Source: Ophelia neglecta
Taxonomy: Eukaryota
Direction of reading: 5' to 3'
NCBI GenBank assembly: GCA_965285935.1
Contig: OZ260662.1
Coordinates: 48,298,001 to 48,362,000 of the forward strand
DNA length: 64,000 nucleotides
The translations under genes and the position numbers were made by a program. A model generated the notes under the pieces. The model was not told the origin of the DNA. It ran no database searches and saw only the letters and a program-made list of their open reading frames with translations. Numbering within the stretch: position 1 is the stretch's first letter; the number at the start of each line of letters is the position of its first letter. Positions 52,061 through 64,000 of this stretch are shown here, piece after piece.

Positions 52061-53049
52061 ATAGGACCTTGGACCAATTGTTGTCTACTTCTGTCGGCAC
52101 ACGCACTCGACAGGCTTACGATACTGGATTCAGACAGTTTTGTAATTTTATGGCTATGCACGGCGCAGTTCCTAATCACAATGCCTTATTTGACATTGAT
52201 GAACAGTGTTTGTTGTACTTTATTGCGCATTGTTATAAGTATTTGAAGCTGCGCTCCTCATCCATCAAAATGTATTTGTGTGGTATCAGGTACCATTATT
52301 TAATTAAAGGTCAGGCCAATCCACTCCAGAATGAAGTAGGGTTACCATTTAGTCGAATCGAGATGCTCATCAGGGCCATCAAACGTATTGAAGGATGTGG
52401 AGCCCCAAAACGTCTACCGATCACATTCAAAATTTTATCTGAAATATTCCAATTTTTGTCTCCTGGCAATCGCGTGTTTTCACCCTTTATCAAATTGTTA
52501 ATGAGAGCAGCTTGCAGTATGGCTTTCTTTGGCTTTCTAAGATGTGGAGAATTTCTATGCACCAACAGCTTTGACAGCGATTCCAACCTTTGCATTGGTG
52601 ACGTTATTTTCTCAGCTGACAAATCATACTATACCATTAATTTGAAGGTCTCCAAGACAGATCCCTTTCGTAGGGGAGTTAGGTTATTTATTCATGCGAC
52701 AGGTAACCAGTGCTGTCCTGTCAGCGCCATGGACCAGTATTTACAGGTCTTACAAGCTTTTAAGTTTTGTACTTCTGATGCCTTGTTCGTCAACGAAAAA
52801 AGACAGGCGCTAAATAGAAATTCTTTTGTGCACTTGATGAAAGACATTTTAAGACATTTAAATTTAGATAGTGATTCCTACAATGGCCATTCACTGAGAG
52901 TTGGAGCGGCTTCGACAGCTAGTTATTGTAAGATCCCAGATCACATGATTCGGACATTGGGTAGATGGACTTCTGATTGTTATCTCAGATATATACGAAC
53001 GCAGCAAAATTCTATTAAACAGGCTCAACTGTCTATGTGCAAGCTGTAG
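52012..53049 (+). CDS. Ngaro tyrosine recombinase
   Basis: FFGFLRCGE (R), SKTD (K), GHSLRVGAA (HxxR), LGRW.S..YLRY (W, Y). Confidence 0.93.
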   Translation: MGVDTMPALLRDDVCLNRTLDQLLSTSVGTRTRQAYDTGFRQFCNFMAMHGAVPNHNALFDIDEQCLLYFIAHCYKYLKLRSSSIKMYLCGIRYHYLIKGQANPLQNEVGLPFSRIEMLIRAIKRIEGCGAPKRLPITFKILSEIFQFLSPGNRVFSPFIKLLMRAACSMAFFGFLRCGEFLCTNSFDSDSNLCIGDVIFSADKSYYTINLKVSKTDPFRRGVRLFIHATGNQCCPVSAMDQYLQVLQAFKFCTSDALFVNEKRQALNRNSFVHLMKDILRHLNLDSDSYNGHSLRVGAASTASYCKIPDHMIRTLGRWTSDCYLRYIRTQQNSIKQAQLSMCKL

Positions 53050-54885
53050 CTTTCATAGTGGTATAGGTTGAACTTGGTGCCTACATGTGTGCTTTATTAG
53101 TTTAAGTATTGTATTTCACAGTGTTTAACATATACATGTATAGTGTTTGATATAATGTAGTCATATATGGCATTGTAGCCCATTAGAGTATGTAGTCATA
53201 GGTGACTGTAGTCCATTTAGAGTTCCCTTCTCGTATGATTCGTAAGTTCCACAAGCATTGTATTTCACAGTTGTTCAACATAGCAGTGTTTGACACATGT
53301 ATTAAATCAGTATCTATTGTTGCACATTTCGGTTCTCTATACTTGTAGTCTGTGAGTTTCGGCATTCCTACAGATACACTGTTTTAATTTTTTGGGGAAC
53401 ACTCAGTAGTTCGTAACTCACTACTGCGTTTGGCGTTTAGTTCTCACAAAAAATTTGTAAGGGCAGCCTTCTAGTATTTCGCTACATGTACACATATGCC
53501 CCAGAACGCAATGTTCGGACATTACATGTACGCTTATGCCCCAGAACGCAATGTTCGGGCATTGTCAGCCCCAGGACTCAATGTCCGGGCCTCTCCCATG
53601 CCCCAGGACGCAATGTTCGGGCATCCAGACACACACCAGGCTCCAGAACACCTTGTTCGAGCACTAGATGAGGCTGCCCCATTTATCTTGTAAACCGCAC
53701 AAACTGAGTTGTTCCCTTCCGCCAAACTCTAATAAAGGTTTATTACACTTGTACTTGTCTCTTTGTTGCTGTTGTAAATTGATACTCAGTTTTAATTGAG
53801 TTTAGTTTGCAACAGCAACTTAGATATGCAGGATATAGTATTTCCCGCCATGCCTGTCTCGCGCATGCGCTCGGGATACAGTTTAATAGATGCAGTTCTC
53901 GTGACCTCGACCCAGTTAGCTTCAGCGTGGCTCCTGAGTCGGTACTCGTGCTCAAGTACCACCACCTCCCCAGCCTCCAGCCTCTGTTTAGAATTGTAAT
54001 TTCATTAGTTATCTCCTTAGCTTAGGCACTGTCTTATTGCTATTATATTCAAGTACTACTACTGCATTTCCACATTTAGGGTGCTGAGTTATTTTCTTAG
54101 GTTGCTGTTTATTTGTAATTTGCCGTACTTGTTTTAATACACATGTTGTCATATAACTATTAGTTTCAGTGAATAGTAGATATGTGCTGACGGCTTGTAC
54201 ATTTGGACATCTCGGTTAGTGTGGTATAGGTTTTATCTTAATTTAATGCCTAGTTTGTCAGTTACAGTCATTATTTGTAAGTGTAGCGTTTAGTTCTCAC
54301 AAAAAATTTGTAAGGGCAGCCTTCTAGTATTTCGCTACATGTACACATATGCCCCAGAACGCAATGTTCGGACATTACATGTACGCTTATGCCCCAGAAC
54401 GCAATGTTCGGGCATTGTCAGCCCCAGGACTCAATGTCCGGGCCTCTCCCATGCCCCAGGACGCAATGTTCGGGCATCCAGACACACACCAGGCTCCAGA
54501 ACACCTTGTTCGAGCACTAGATGAGGCTGCCCCATTTATCTTGTAAACCGCACAAACTGAGTTGTTCCCTTCCGCCAAACTCTAATAAAGGTTTATTACA
54601 CTTGTACTTGTCTCTTTGTTGCTGTTGTAAATGACAACAATGTGTGCAACAGGGAACAAACAGGGAAAAAATGTCATATACAATTAGCCATATTATAGCC
54701 TCATGTGTACCAGTCTATATAACCTTTACATTCTCAAATCTTGTCTTCCCCTTGTTACTAATCTTCGTCCACTGTTACTACCTATACCACAGACGTGAGC
54801 TTTTTTCATATAATCTAGACATCTACACCGGGGATTTGTCCAAGTTATGTCCTAAATTTGCATTTACGATTATTTAAAGGAATTG

Positions 54886-55200
54886 CTCAGACTTACCATA
54901 TTTGCTATATATCAGCAAATCTATTCAACATTTGTATCTGCAAACTTTTGTGAAACTACATGACGGGACGAGCCGTTGAAAAATGATATGTTTGAATAAA
55001 AGCATAGTTTTGAAAAAAGGCAGTATTTCGTACAAACGACATTCTCACACAATTAAATTCGGTATACTAGTATATGTTTTGTATAGTATTTGTTTAAATA
55101 AATCCGTTTTACATATTACGCTGGAAAAATATAAATATAGCAGCAGACGACCTATCCCACAAAGGATGCAAAACCACCTTTATGCAGTAAAAAGAGCAAC
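54886..55200 (-). pseudogene. Relic of a fourth nAChR-like paralog (degraded exons 1-2)
   Basis: TGACGGGACGAGC (ARPV exon) and exon-1-like sequence resemble 45682-46060. Flanks at 47400-47600, 54633-54690 and 55260-55930 resemble gene B intron 4 and upstream DNA. Confidence 0.65.
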
Positions 55201-57755
55201 GTCGGTTTGCTGTGGCGACAAAACAAAAACTATGTCGGTCTGATGTGCAGTGTGTATAAAAAGACAGACCTCTTTAGTTCTTTTCGGATGTCACGATGTA
55301 TGTCATCAGGTCGAGATTTACTTTATTCTGATGAATTCTTATGTGATACCACTTGCAGGCAGCCTTCGTCTGCTGATGTTCATTAATCATATTGACGTTT
55401 CACGTGATCTATCCCGCCGATACGGGCTGAAATGTACGTCGTTGATGTGAATAGATCAAATTAATTGTCCCAATGACATACTTATTTTTCCAACCAAGTC
55501 TGTATACAAAGCTCCTATTGCATCATAGGCCTGTCGCTTCTAATTGTTACATTCATTATTGTTCGAGATACATACAAACTCACCTGACAACTGTCTATAG
55601 TTATCTGTCGGGCCCATTAAAGTTAGGAATGGAAATCGAAAACTTGTGCACCAACTGTATTCGATAGCTCATTATATAATGGTATTTGATCCTAATGCAA
55701 ACATTATAATCAACTGCGAGAGCACGAATCATTTCTGTCGTAACTAAAGCATTATATATGACTGCCAGTTGCTCATCTTTTTTGGCCTTAATACAGAATT
55801 ATTGGTACCGGTAACAACAAGATTCTAATCGTTCCCACTTAATAAAATTGCATTGTGTCCATGCAATATCTTAGCCTGAATATTTACATGAATTACAATG
55901 ACAATTTATAATTGCAATTTGGAACGCAAAGGATGGTCGTCAGTTGTCAAAGATATGTTAGAACGTTAGGTCTAAAACTTCATTAAGACAAGTGGAGCGA
56001 ACAAACGTTTTGAATCACGTGATAATAAATAGACTCATACACTAGTTAGCTCTGAGTGGTATTTCACTGACATCAAACATCACATAAATACAAACTAATT
56101 TTCATTCACAAATTTTATGATGCTGTGAATTCAATAGCCAAGCACACTGCTACTTATCACCTAATTATTGAAGAGGATAAGTACAAAATAAAGTCATCTA
56201 ATAGGAACTTATCATTATTATTCTAAGGTTGGTTTCAATGCGAATAGTTTCTTCAGAGATGTGAAAAAAATCACCGATGACGTCGGCTGAAGAGGGAGGA
56301 GATTTGAACTTTTATGATACCAATGGTCTATGTGTTGAATAGAAATTTCCCGTTTGTTGGCCTCGAGGCTCTACGGTCCCGCCCCCAATCTGTAAACAAG
56401 TGAAATAAGACTAGCATCTTATTAACTTACGCCTTCGCATCGGCATTTGATATATGTATAAGTTGTATATAATAATATATTGGAGTGAAATAATTTACAA
56501 CTTTTAAGCTGTATAACAACAAGCACTCAAAGGCAGTGCAGGTTTGCAATGATATAGTGGCAGCAGAGAAGTAGACTTTCATAAAACCAAGTCTCGAGTA
56601 GGGGCCAGTGAGGTCCCAGTATGAGTTTCCGACTCAAGGCATTTTAGTTTTCGGGTATTTTTGGGTCTACCTACCCACTACTTTTTGTGACCCCTATTGA
56701 CAATTTTTACAGCCCATATGTAAAAGGGGTCCAATTGACCAACCAATATATCTGGGTAGGATTTACCGCCTTCCCATATTTGTTTAAATATTTGTCAATA
56801 TTCTTCAAAATATATTTCTTAATTTTTGATTATTGCTTATTTTAGCTAAAATTGTCTTAGAAATTTACCTTTATGACCAATTGTGATAAGAATAACCCTC
56901 AATAACTATTTTACTCCGAATTATTTGTTCATGGTAAAACTTACCTTATTTCTTGCCCCGGCTTCTCCAACATTTGCTTACCTTCTATATTCAATGCGTA
57001 TATGTATTTAATCCAAATCTCACACCTACCCTTACATGTTTAACAAGAAATTAAACGTTTTTTTTAGATCAAAACGGAAATATGAAGTGATCGAAGGAAC
57101 TTCCACTAAAGATGGTTGATTGACCTGTAAAATCACTATCACGGGTTTTCGACTCTTGGAGACAAAACAATAAGCCCGTCTGATGATGGAGTAAATGTTT
57201 AATGTAGTGATCACAACTGCTTGCAAGCAAAATAAGTAAATGTACTTATAACCTTTCAGTTTGTGAAGTAGTGGTGCATATAGTGACACCATTTGAAGCT
57301 TCATGCTCTATGTCACAGTGAACTTTAACGTTACGTACTTATAGATGGAAAAAATATTGACTAAATAACATTGTTGTCAAACAGTCTTTGTAGAAAACTG
57401 ATCGTTAGTGTGTTTAGTCTTTAAACGCGAGTCTAGAGGATGACCGGCGGTGACTGGTAAAAACATGCATCGTAAACACAGCGTTTAGTAAATAATGTAG
57501 CATCTTGGCGTTTTCATCCAATAATCAATTTCGATTATCCTGTTTTTTGATATCAGTAACGGTACTACGATTAAACTATTTCTAATTGATTTGGAACATT
57601 ATATTTATAAGTTGAAACTATTAGTTAGAATATGTACAAATAATATTTAAAATATGGTTTCTATACATATGTTTAGTAATCGAAATTTCAGCTAAACAGT
57701 TTATTAAATCAATCACTATTTTAACTGTTTGCTTCCTAAAGTCATCAGCATCCAA

Positions 57756-60100
57756 CTAATGATTGATACAGAAATGAAAAATAACAGTTGCTGTCATGAT
57801 GACATAGAATAGTAGGAATATCAAAAATAACACCCGGTCAATGTTCATAGCAACCTGTTGCCTCTGATGTTCAATCAGTACGTCCGGTTCCGGTGGGCTC
57901 GTCCCCTTTCCATTATTCTCTTCGCCTCTGACATTGACGTTACTTCCACAGACGCTTACATCCGTCGGCCTGTCGACTATAACCTGGTCGTCGTTTTTCG
58001 GATGAGTTTGGTTAACATTACGCTTCCGGCAGAGCCCAATACATCGCCCAGCAATGCTTAAGAAATTCTTCGGGACAAAAGATGGTGGTTTGGTTTTGTT
58101 TTTTCGATAGTGTATAGACAAAACCCATACATTGGCGATAAGGGCAAACGCCGACAAACATTGCATAACTGTGACGTAAATCACTGAAATTCGTGGAAAA
58201 GAATGTATATCATTTAGACTGAAATTTGGGGAAAAGCGTATCTTGAGTTAGGCCTATATTTTTGCGATTTTCTGCCGTCCGAGGATCAAGTTTTCATCTC
58301 TTTTTGTAACTCTGATAGATATATGATAGATGTCAACATTTTAATGTTACTTACGGAGTAAAGCTATTTTTGTCCCTCCTTTCGGAGTAATATCAGAAAC
58401 CATCAAGAGGAAAACGGTATATGCCAGCATGGAGCTAACGGACAATCCTATTCTCTCCCCGCTCTCAGCTGGTAAAACAAAAGCTAGGACAGAAACGAAG
58501 CCAGTAATCGTCGAGGGAATAATCAAGTACATCGTGTAGAACGTAGGGTTGCGTTTTAAAGTGATCTCCACAGTCAAGCCTGAGGAAGTCGTGCCAAGAG
58601 CAGAATACTCTTGATCTTCCACTGTGGTGCTTATATTCTCCCATTCAGCGTCACCCTTCAGGGTTGGAAAAATCGGATTGGTGTCGTAGAAATACTTGTT
58701 TCGCTGTATCTTCATATAGCTGTCGGGGAATGGGGCATTCAACATAATTGCACATGTCTGTGTGTCGACAGGGAAATATCGTAAATCAATTTCGCAGAAA
58801 GTCTCACTCGTGAACTGAATGCTCATTACCACGCCTCCATCACTATACACTGTGGCAGGAAGATGGCCAGGATAAATGCTCTCTACCTTTCCAGCTCTTA
58901 AAAAGGAGGTAAATATACGACATGAAGCCTTGTTGCTGAGAAGCCTGCTAACACTTCTTAGCCTCACCCTCCCCTCTCCCCGCTCATCAGACACAAACTT
59001 TATCCCTCTCAACTCCTGCATTGTTGTGTGCACAATGCAGGTATGTGAGCAAACTTAATGTGCCAAGCTAAAAGGAACAATTCTTGTTAAACTACAAGAT
59101 GGGACCAAAGTATACAGAAGGGAAGAAATAACAAATAATCAAAAATAAACGAATCCAATAAACGTTAACAAATTGATAACCACAAAATACCAATCATTTC
59201 ACATTGGACTTGAGCATTATTTTCATGTTTATTAACAAATTAGCAGGGTGATTCACACCTCGATTTTTAAATAACCTATGGCCCTCGGTACCTGTTGAGA
59301 ATGATGATTTCTGGTTTCCAGATATGGTTATTTGACATATAAACAAATCCTGATCCGTTGGTCATCTCTGTTTTCCATCTCAAATTCGGGTCAACCCAAT
59401 ACTGAAAATGTTGCAAGGCATACTGGATAAGGAACACACAAATTATCTAAATTTTAGCTGTCCGTTTGTGAAGTGTGGCGATTTGTATTTTACTCTTATA
59501 AATGGACGAATCACATCTTACCAGACTGAGGAGTCCATCTGACTTCAGAATTCCTTTTTGTTCGTCCTGCGATGGAAAAATAACTAATTACATTTTTATG
59601 AGGATCATTTTTCTCGTCTCATCCACGCTTTTATTATTTTTCAACCGTCAACACAATAATCACAATTGGGGGTTAATATCATAATAACTTCAGATATACA
59701 TGTACAGACTCTAATGAGTTTCAATTAAGGCTTTTTTTAAGCGTTTCTCTGATCTACCAAATTTGCTATATTCGTCAAGAAATAGAACATGTATATCTGC
59801 AAACTGTCTTGGAAATGTTTGACGGGACGAGTGGTTGATGTATAGTCCCTCAAAAGATGATTCACTAACTCCGTGTCATTTTGAAAAGCAGCAATTACTG
59901 CAAAATAAACGCACTAAATCATTGGTAATTATATCAGTAGCATAATTCGATTAATTTAGACGAACTGAAATACAAATTAAAGTTTCGGGTAGATAAATAT
60001 GGTGGTTTTACTAATGAATAATCCTTCGATTCTTACTAATTATGCCATGAAATGTCAATACAACTGTAGTTGACGTCTCCCACAAACTGTGCAAAATCAT
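57756..60100 (-). CDS. nAChR-like Cys-loop channel subunit, copy C; exons 60100-60037, 59897-59758, 59566-59522, 59401-59292, 58896-58355, 58183-57756 (~442 aa)
   Basis: Exons 1-5 have the same sizes as copy B. Cys-loop CEIDLRYFPVDTQTC, GERIGLSVS, four TM segments. Confidence 0.88.
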
Positions 60101-63100
60101 ATTCCTCACGGGCAAAGAACGGACGAATCCTAAAACCGAAATAACTCTAACTGATTGCTCCACCTGTTATACTAATAATATAACATACAACATAACGTAA
60201 AATTTACACCACAAATGATTCCTAAATAAACCACAAAGGTGGTGCGAATTAAATGAAAAAGTCAAGCTCTCTGGAATAAAAAGAAAAGGCTCCTGTTGAG
60301 TTCTTTACTGGTTTCAGCAGATATGTCGTCTTTCCCCAGCAGATATGTCCCGTTTCACCATCAGGTATGTCGTATTTAACCAGCATATGTTCAGACTACC
60401 TGGGGTTTGAACTATAAACTGCACGGCGTTTTACCTGATCAAAATCAATGATAGCAAATAGCATTGGAAACAGTCAAATATATATATCAACACCGTGGAG
60501 ATTTCGAATATTCTTTTTTGTATTCAAGCTTTGTTAAACTCTATACTAAATCTATATACATAGCGTAGATATTTGACTGGGCTACATAAAACTATCTTCA
60601 AATTTACCAGCGGTGACAATGTTCATGGTGATATGTAATTTAGGTTTCGGGAACATAGTATTATTGACCAATAGAATACAATATCTGTTTGACTAGTTAG
60701 CGTTGTAAACAACTATTTGGATTCTTTATAACGAATATCTGACCCCAATTCCTATTAACAAACGTTAAATGCAGGAGCGCGGAAGAAATTCGTGGACATT
60801 TATTCGTGCAGTTTTTTTTTCCTTTTGAATTAGGTAACGTTAGTGGAATTAAAACACCAGTTAACATATCCACTCAAAAACAACGAAATTGCCAAATTCA
60901 TAACCCGCTTAGTTCCCTGTTAGCATTAAAGGGTGTGGTAATTTACTATTGGAGAGGGAGGACGCAAATCCTTTGGGGAGTCAAAGAGTATTGTTAAACC
61001 ATCAGACTTGGTGGTTGGGGGGGGGGGGGGGCACAAAATTGTCACTGTCTTAAACAGGGAGGGAGTAAATGGCTACCTCCTAAAAGACATCAATGATATC
61101 TTCCAAACAATATGTATATTTAACAAAGAAACTATAAATTCAAATAAAAACTGGAAAAAACTCTTCGCGAAAGGACCAAATGTCTAATTAAAAGTAACAA
61201 ATGCCTTATTTTAATGTGTTCAACATAAGTAGGGAGGTTCTGACGTTGGTAAGACTTGACACATTTCAAAGAAGACATTCGAATTATCTTCCACTGAAAG
61301 ACCACCAGTACCGAACCATCAACGGACTTGAGAAAATACTCATAATACTACTGTTCAAATTTGGGCAGTGATAATGAGGCATTTCAAAGTGGTGCACACA
61401 GATGTATGGTTCATTTTGCAATGTTGGTTGATCCCAGGACCACCAACGCTCTGTGTAGGGCCAGCTATATAAAATATCTGTGATATGGATGTATTAATAT
61501 AATATACTTTCAGAGGTCCTTAAGGTTTTCTCCTTATTAAAAAGTCAAATCACAGTGTTTCCTCACTGTATATTTGTGTAACCTCCATGTTTTGTCACTA
61601 TGGGTGCTCTGAATTATAAATGTTTACAAGCGTTCAACCGCTTCTACAGTTGTATACGTTAGTTACTCTCTTTATATGAAAGAGAGATGTGTTACATTTC
61701 TTTAAAAGGTTTAAATTTGACAGTTTCGGTGGAGAGGAAGAGAATTGTGTCGGTTTTTATTGGCGACTTACCCGCTTGCTTTGGCTGGGGGAACATGTTT
61801 CAAATGTTCATGTACGTACAGTTTATGTCCTGGGAATCGTTATATCTGAGAAAGAACGTAGTTTTCATTATCAGCTTTAAAATACAACATGGGGACAAAC
61901 GTACTTTCAATTCGAGTGCATAATGATGTGAAGTCTGCAATAGAACAAAATAGCATAAAATAAGAAAACGTTTGGACCGTTAAAGCATACATAGTCTAAT
62001 GTCAAACAATAAAACGGAATATAAAAAGAAGAGGAAAAACTTCAGTGATAAACCAAATAGCTTAGACAGAAGAGAGGCTTATATGAGTATTAAAACTAGT
62101 GTATAAGAAAGTAGTTTATTACTTGTAAAACTAAAATGGAAGATCAGAATTCTAACTTCTGTTGGAGCAGTACATGATTCAAAGAGTTTTCTGGGGAAAA
62201 AATTATAAGTATTATACGATCAAATAGGCTAGAAAATAAAGCAATTATTAATGGTAAGCAGTGGACCAGTTAATTTAAGGAATATTGCAATAAAAAATGA
62301 AATAAAAGATGAAATCAAGATAGTTGTGGTAAATGTGTTCAATATAGACGAACAATCGAAACTATAACTTTCATAGTAGGGAATCAGTATGGTCCATTCA
62401 TAATGGTAAATTATAACCTACACAATTATGATACTGACGAAATAGAACAGGTAAAGAAAATGTTTCTGATGTTCGTGCCAAGTATTGGTAGGAAATATAT
62501 TAAAATGAATCTTGCATGTAGACTTAAGTTGAGAAAATACCAATTGCCGCTCAACCTGGCAGGTCTTGCAATGCAAGTGAAATAATAAAAAGGTAAAGTT
62601 TAAAGAAAACCCTGGCAGGTCTTTGTACAAATTCTTCATAACAATAAATACTGTATACTAACATGTCGTTGTTAAAGAAATTTATTGAGATGTGCTATAT
62701 ATATTTCTTTTCCAAGGTTTGGGAAACACTGTCTTTAACTTTATTAATTATACCACAGATTCACCATACGCTTAAGTTATTTGAACAGCGGTTAACAGAG
62801 AATGCCTGTGCATTAAATGGTTATGAGATCATACGACATTGAATTGAGTGATTATATGATACGCCAATATGTGCTAAATAAAAAAAAAATGAATCGCACA
62901 GTTGGTCCCAGTCGAGGTCAAATATCTTTCGTCAACAACAAGAAAGATACTTATTTGATTGTCAATGGCTACACATACAGGGCGATAATTGGGCTTGCAC
63001 CTCAGTAAATTGCTGACCTACTGAACATGAACACAATTGCTCGAAATCTTAGGGAAGCTGGCAATATCAAGGTACAGAGAACAAGCATATGGCGAAAGCT

Positions 63101-64000
63101 GTTTTTAAGAAGGTCGCCCCAACTGTTTGGAATCAGTTTATGTTCGATCTCAATAACACAAGTCAATAACACAAGTCATTAACGTATTGGCTAGCTAGAC
63201 AACACAATGAAAAGTGCTAGGCCCTCGATAAACATGAAACTCCATTATAGGTGAATTAACTATTTAATTTCTGGCTGGAAATAGGTGATTTGTCAGGCAA
63301 TTTATTCTCGTAGCTATCGAGTCATACCCTTTGTTATCCCAGCAAAGTGGAAAATTTATCATCCATCCAATTTTTGACTAAGGACCAAGTGGTATACGGA
63401 GGTATTTTCTTTGTGTCGACCATAGCCATAAGTTTTTTGTAATGAGCAATAACTATAATTCGTGAGGAATTCTGAAAAGAGAAATTTATAGAAAATGCAC
63501 AATGTTTTTTTATAATTCGATTAGGCCCATCTGGCCACATTTCCAATATAGCCTACATATACCTGAAGACGAAATTAGATCGATAGGTAAGGTGATATTT
63601 GCGTTTTCTATACGGGCACGCGCAAATGTTGCGTGTAACGTGTCATCATTTTTCCGTTAGCATGATAACATACGTTTGAACCGCGGTACAGTCATTATAC
63701 GTCCCAATTGGTGACAGGTCAAACATTAGTAAAATGAAGTGCCTGTTTTCAACGTCTATTTTACTGTGTTTACCGAAGATTCATGTGTTATAAAAGTTGT
63801 TATTAAGATAAAGTAGTCAAATGCATATTGAATAATGATATGACACAGTTATTTCTTTACTCTTGTTTCACAACCACCGTGTAATTCGATATGTGATCTG
63901 GACATTCATAAATTAATCAGACCTCCATCTTACCCCATCAACTCTTCGCTCTCCCATGTACATCTACATCACCCAATTTCTAAAACCTTAACTCTGTCTT

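Larger units (their letters stand above)
48494..54632 (+). mobile_element. Ngaro-type (DIRS order) tyrosine-recombinase retrotransposon, apparently intact
   Basis: Split direct repeats A1 48494-48677, B1 53433-53779, A2 53775-53958, B2 54286-54632. gag, RT-RNaseH and YR ORFs lie on one strand. No methyltransferase domain seen. Confidence 0.93.

Noticed and set aside
62200-62760. Possible decayed L1/Tx1-like 3' fragment (KLRKYQ-like peptide)
   Set aside because: Too degraded to support without an alignment.

Overview
Eukaryotic (invertebrate-like, AT-rich, spliceosomal introns) DNA. Left half: a 5'-truncated CR1-type LINE (~1411-27760) is split by a 23.6-kb nest of two near-identical ~11.7-11.9-kb P-element-superfamily DNA transposons. 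One copy (4650-16320, TSD GTTTGAAA) is inserted into the other (3870-27451, TSD GCTTATAG). Each has 454-bp terminal inverted repeats and two convergent intron-containing genes. The first is a ~814-aa P-type DDE transposase whose N-terminus looks like an RFX-type winged helix rather than a THAP finger, and which appears to lack the usual C-terminal domain. The second is an 8-exon ~1011-aa protein with a Pif1 helicase, an acidic linker, a P-transposase-C-terminal-like (YVSGYV) domain, a SAP/HeH-like motif and a PHD finger. This helicase-carrying P-like element is the best candidate for an undescribed system. Right half: a tandem minus-strand cluster of divergent nAChR-like Cys-loop channel genes (two intact, one pseudogene, one relic), an RTE-group LINE with a ~146-bp target duplication, and an intact Ngaro-type tyrosine-recombinase retrotransposon with split direct repeats whose gag and pol are in frame across a single TGA. 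All domain assignments are from motifs read by eye, not database searches.
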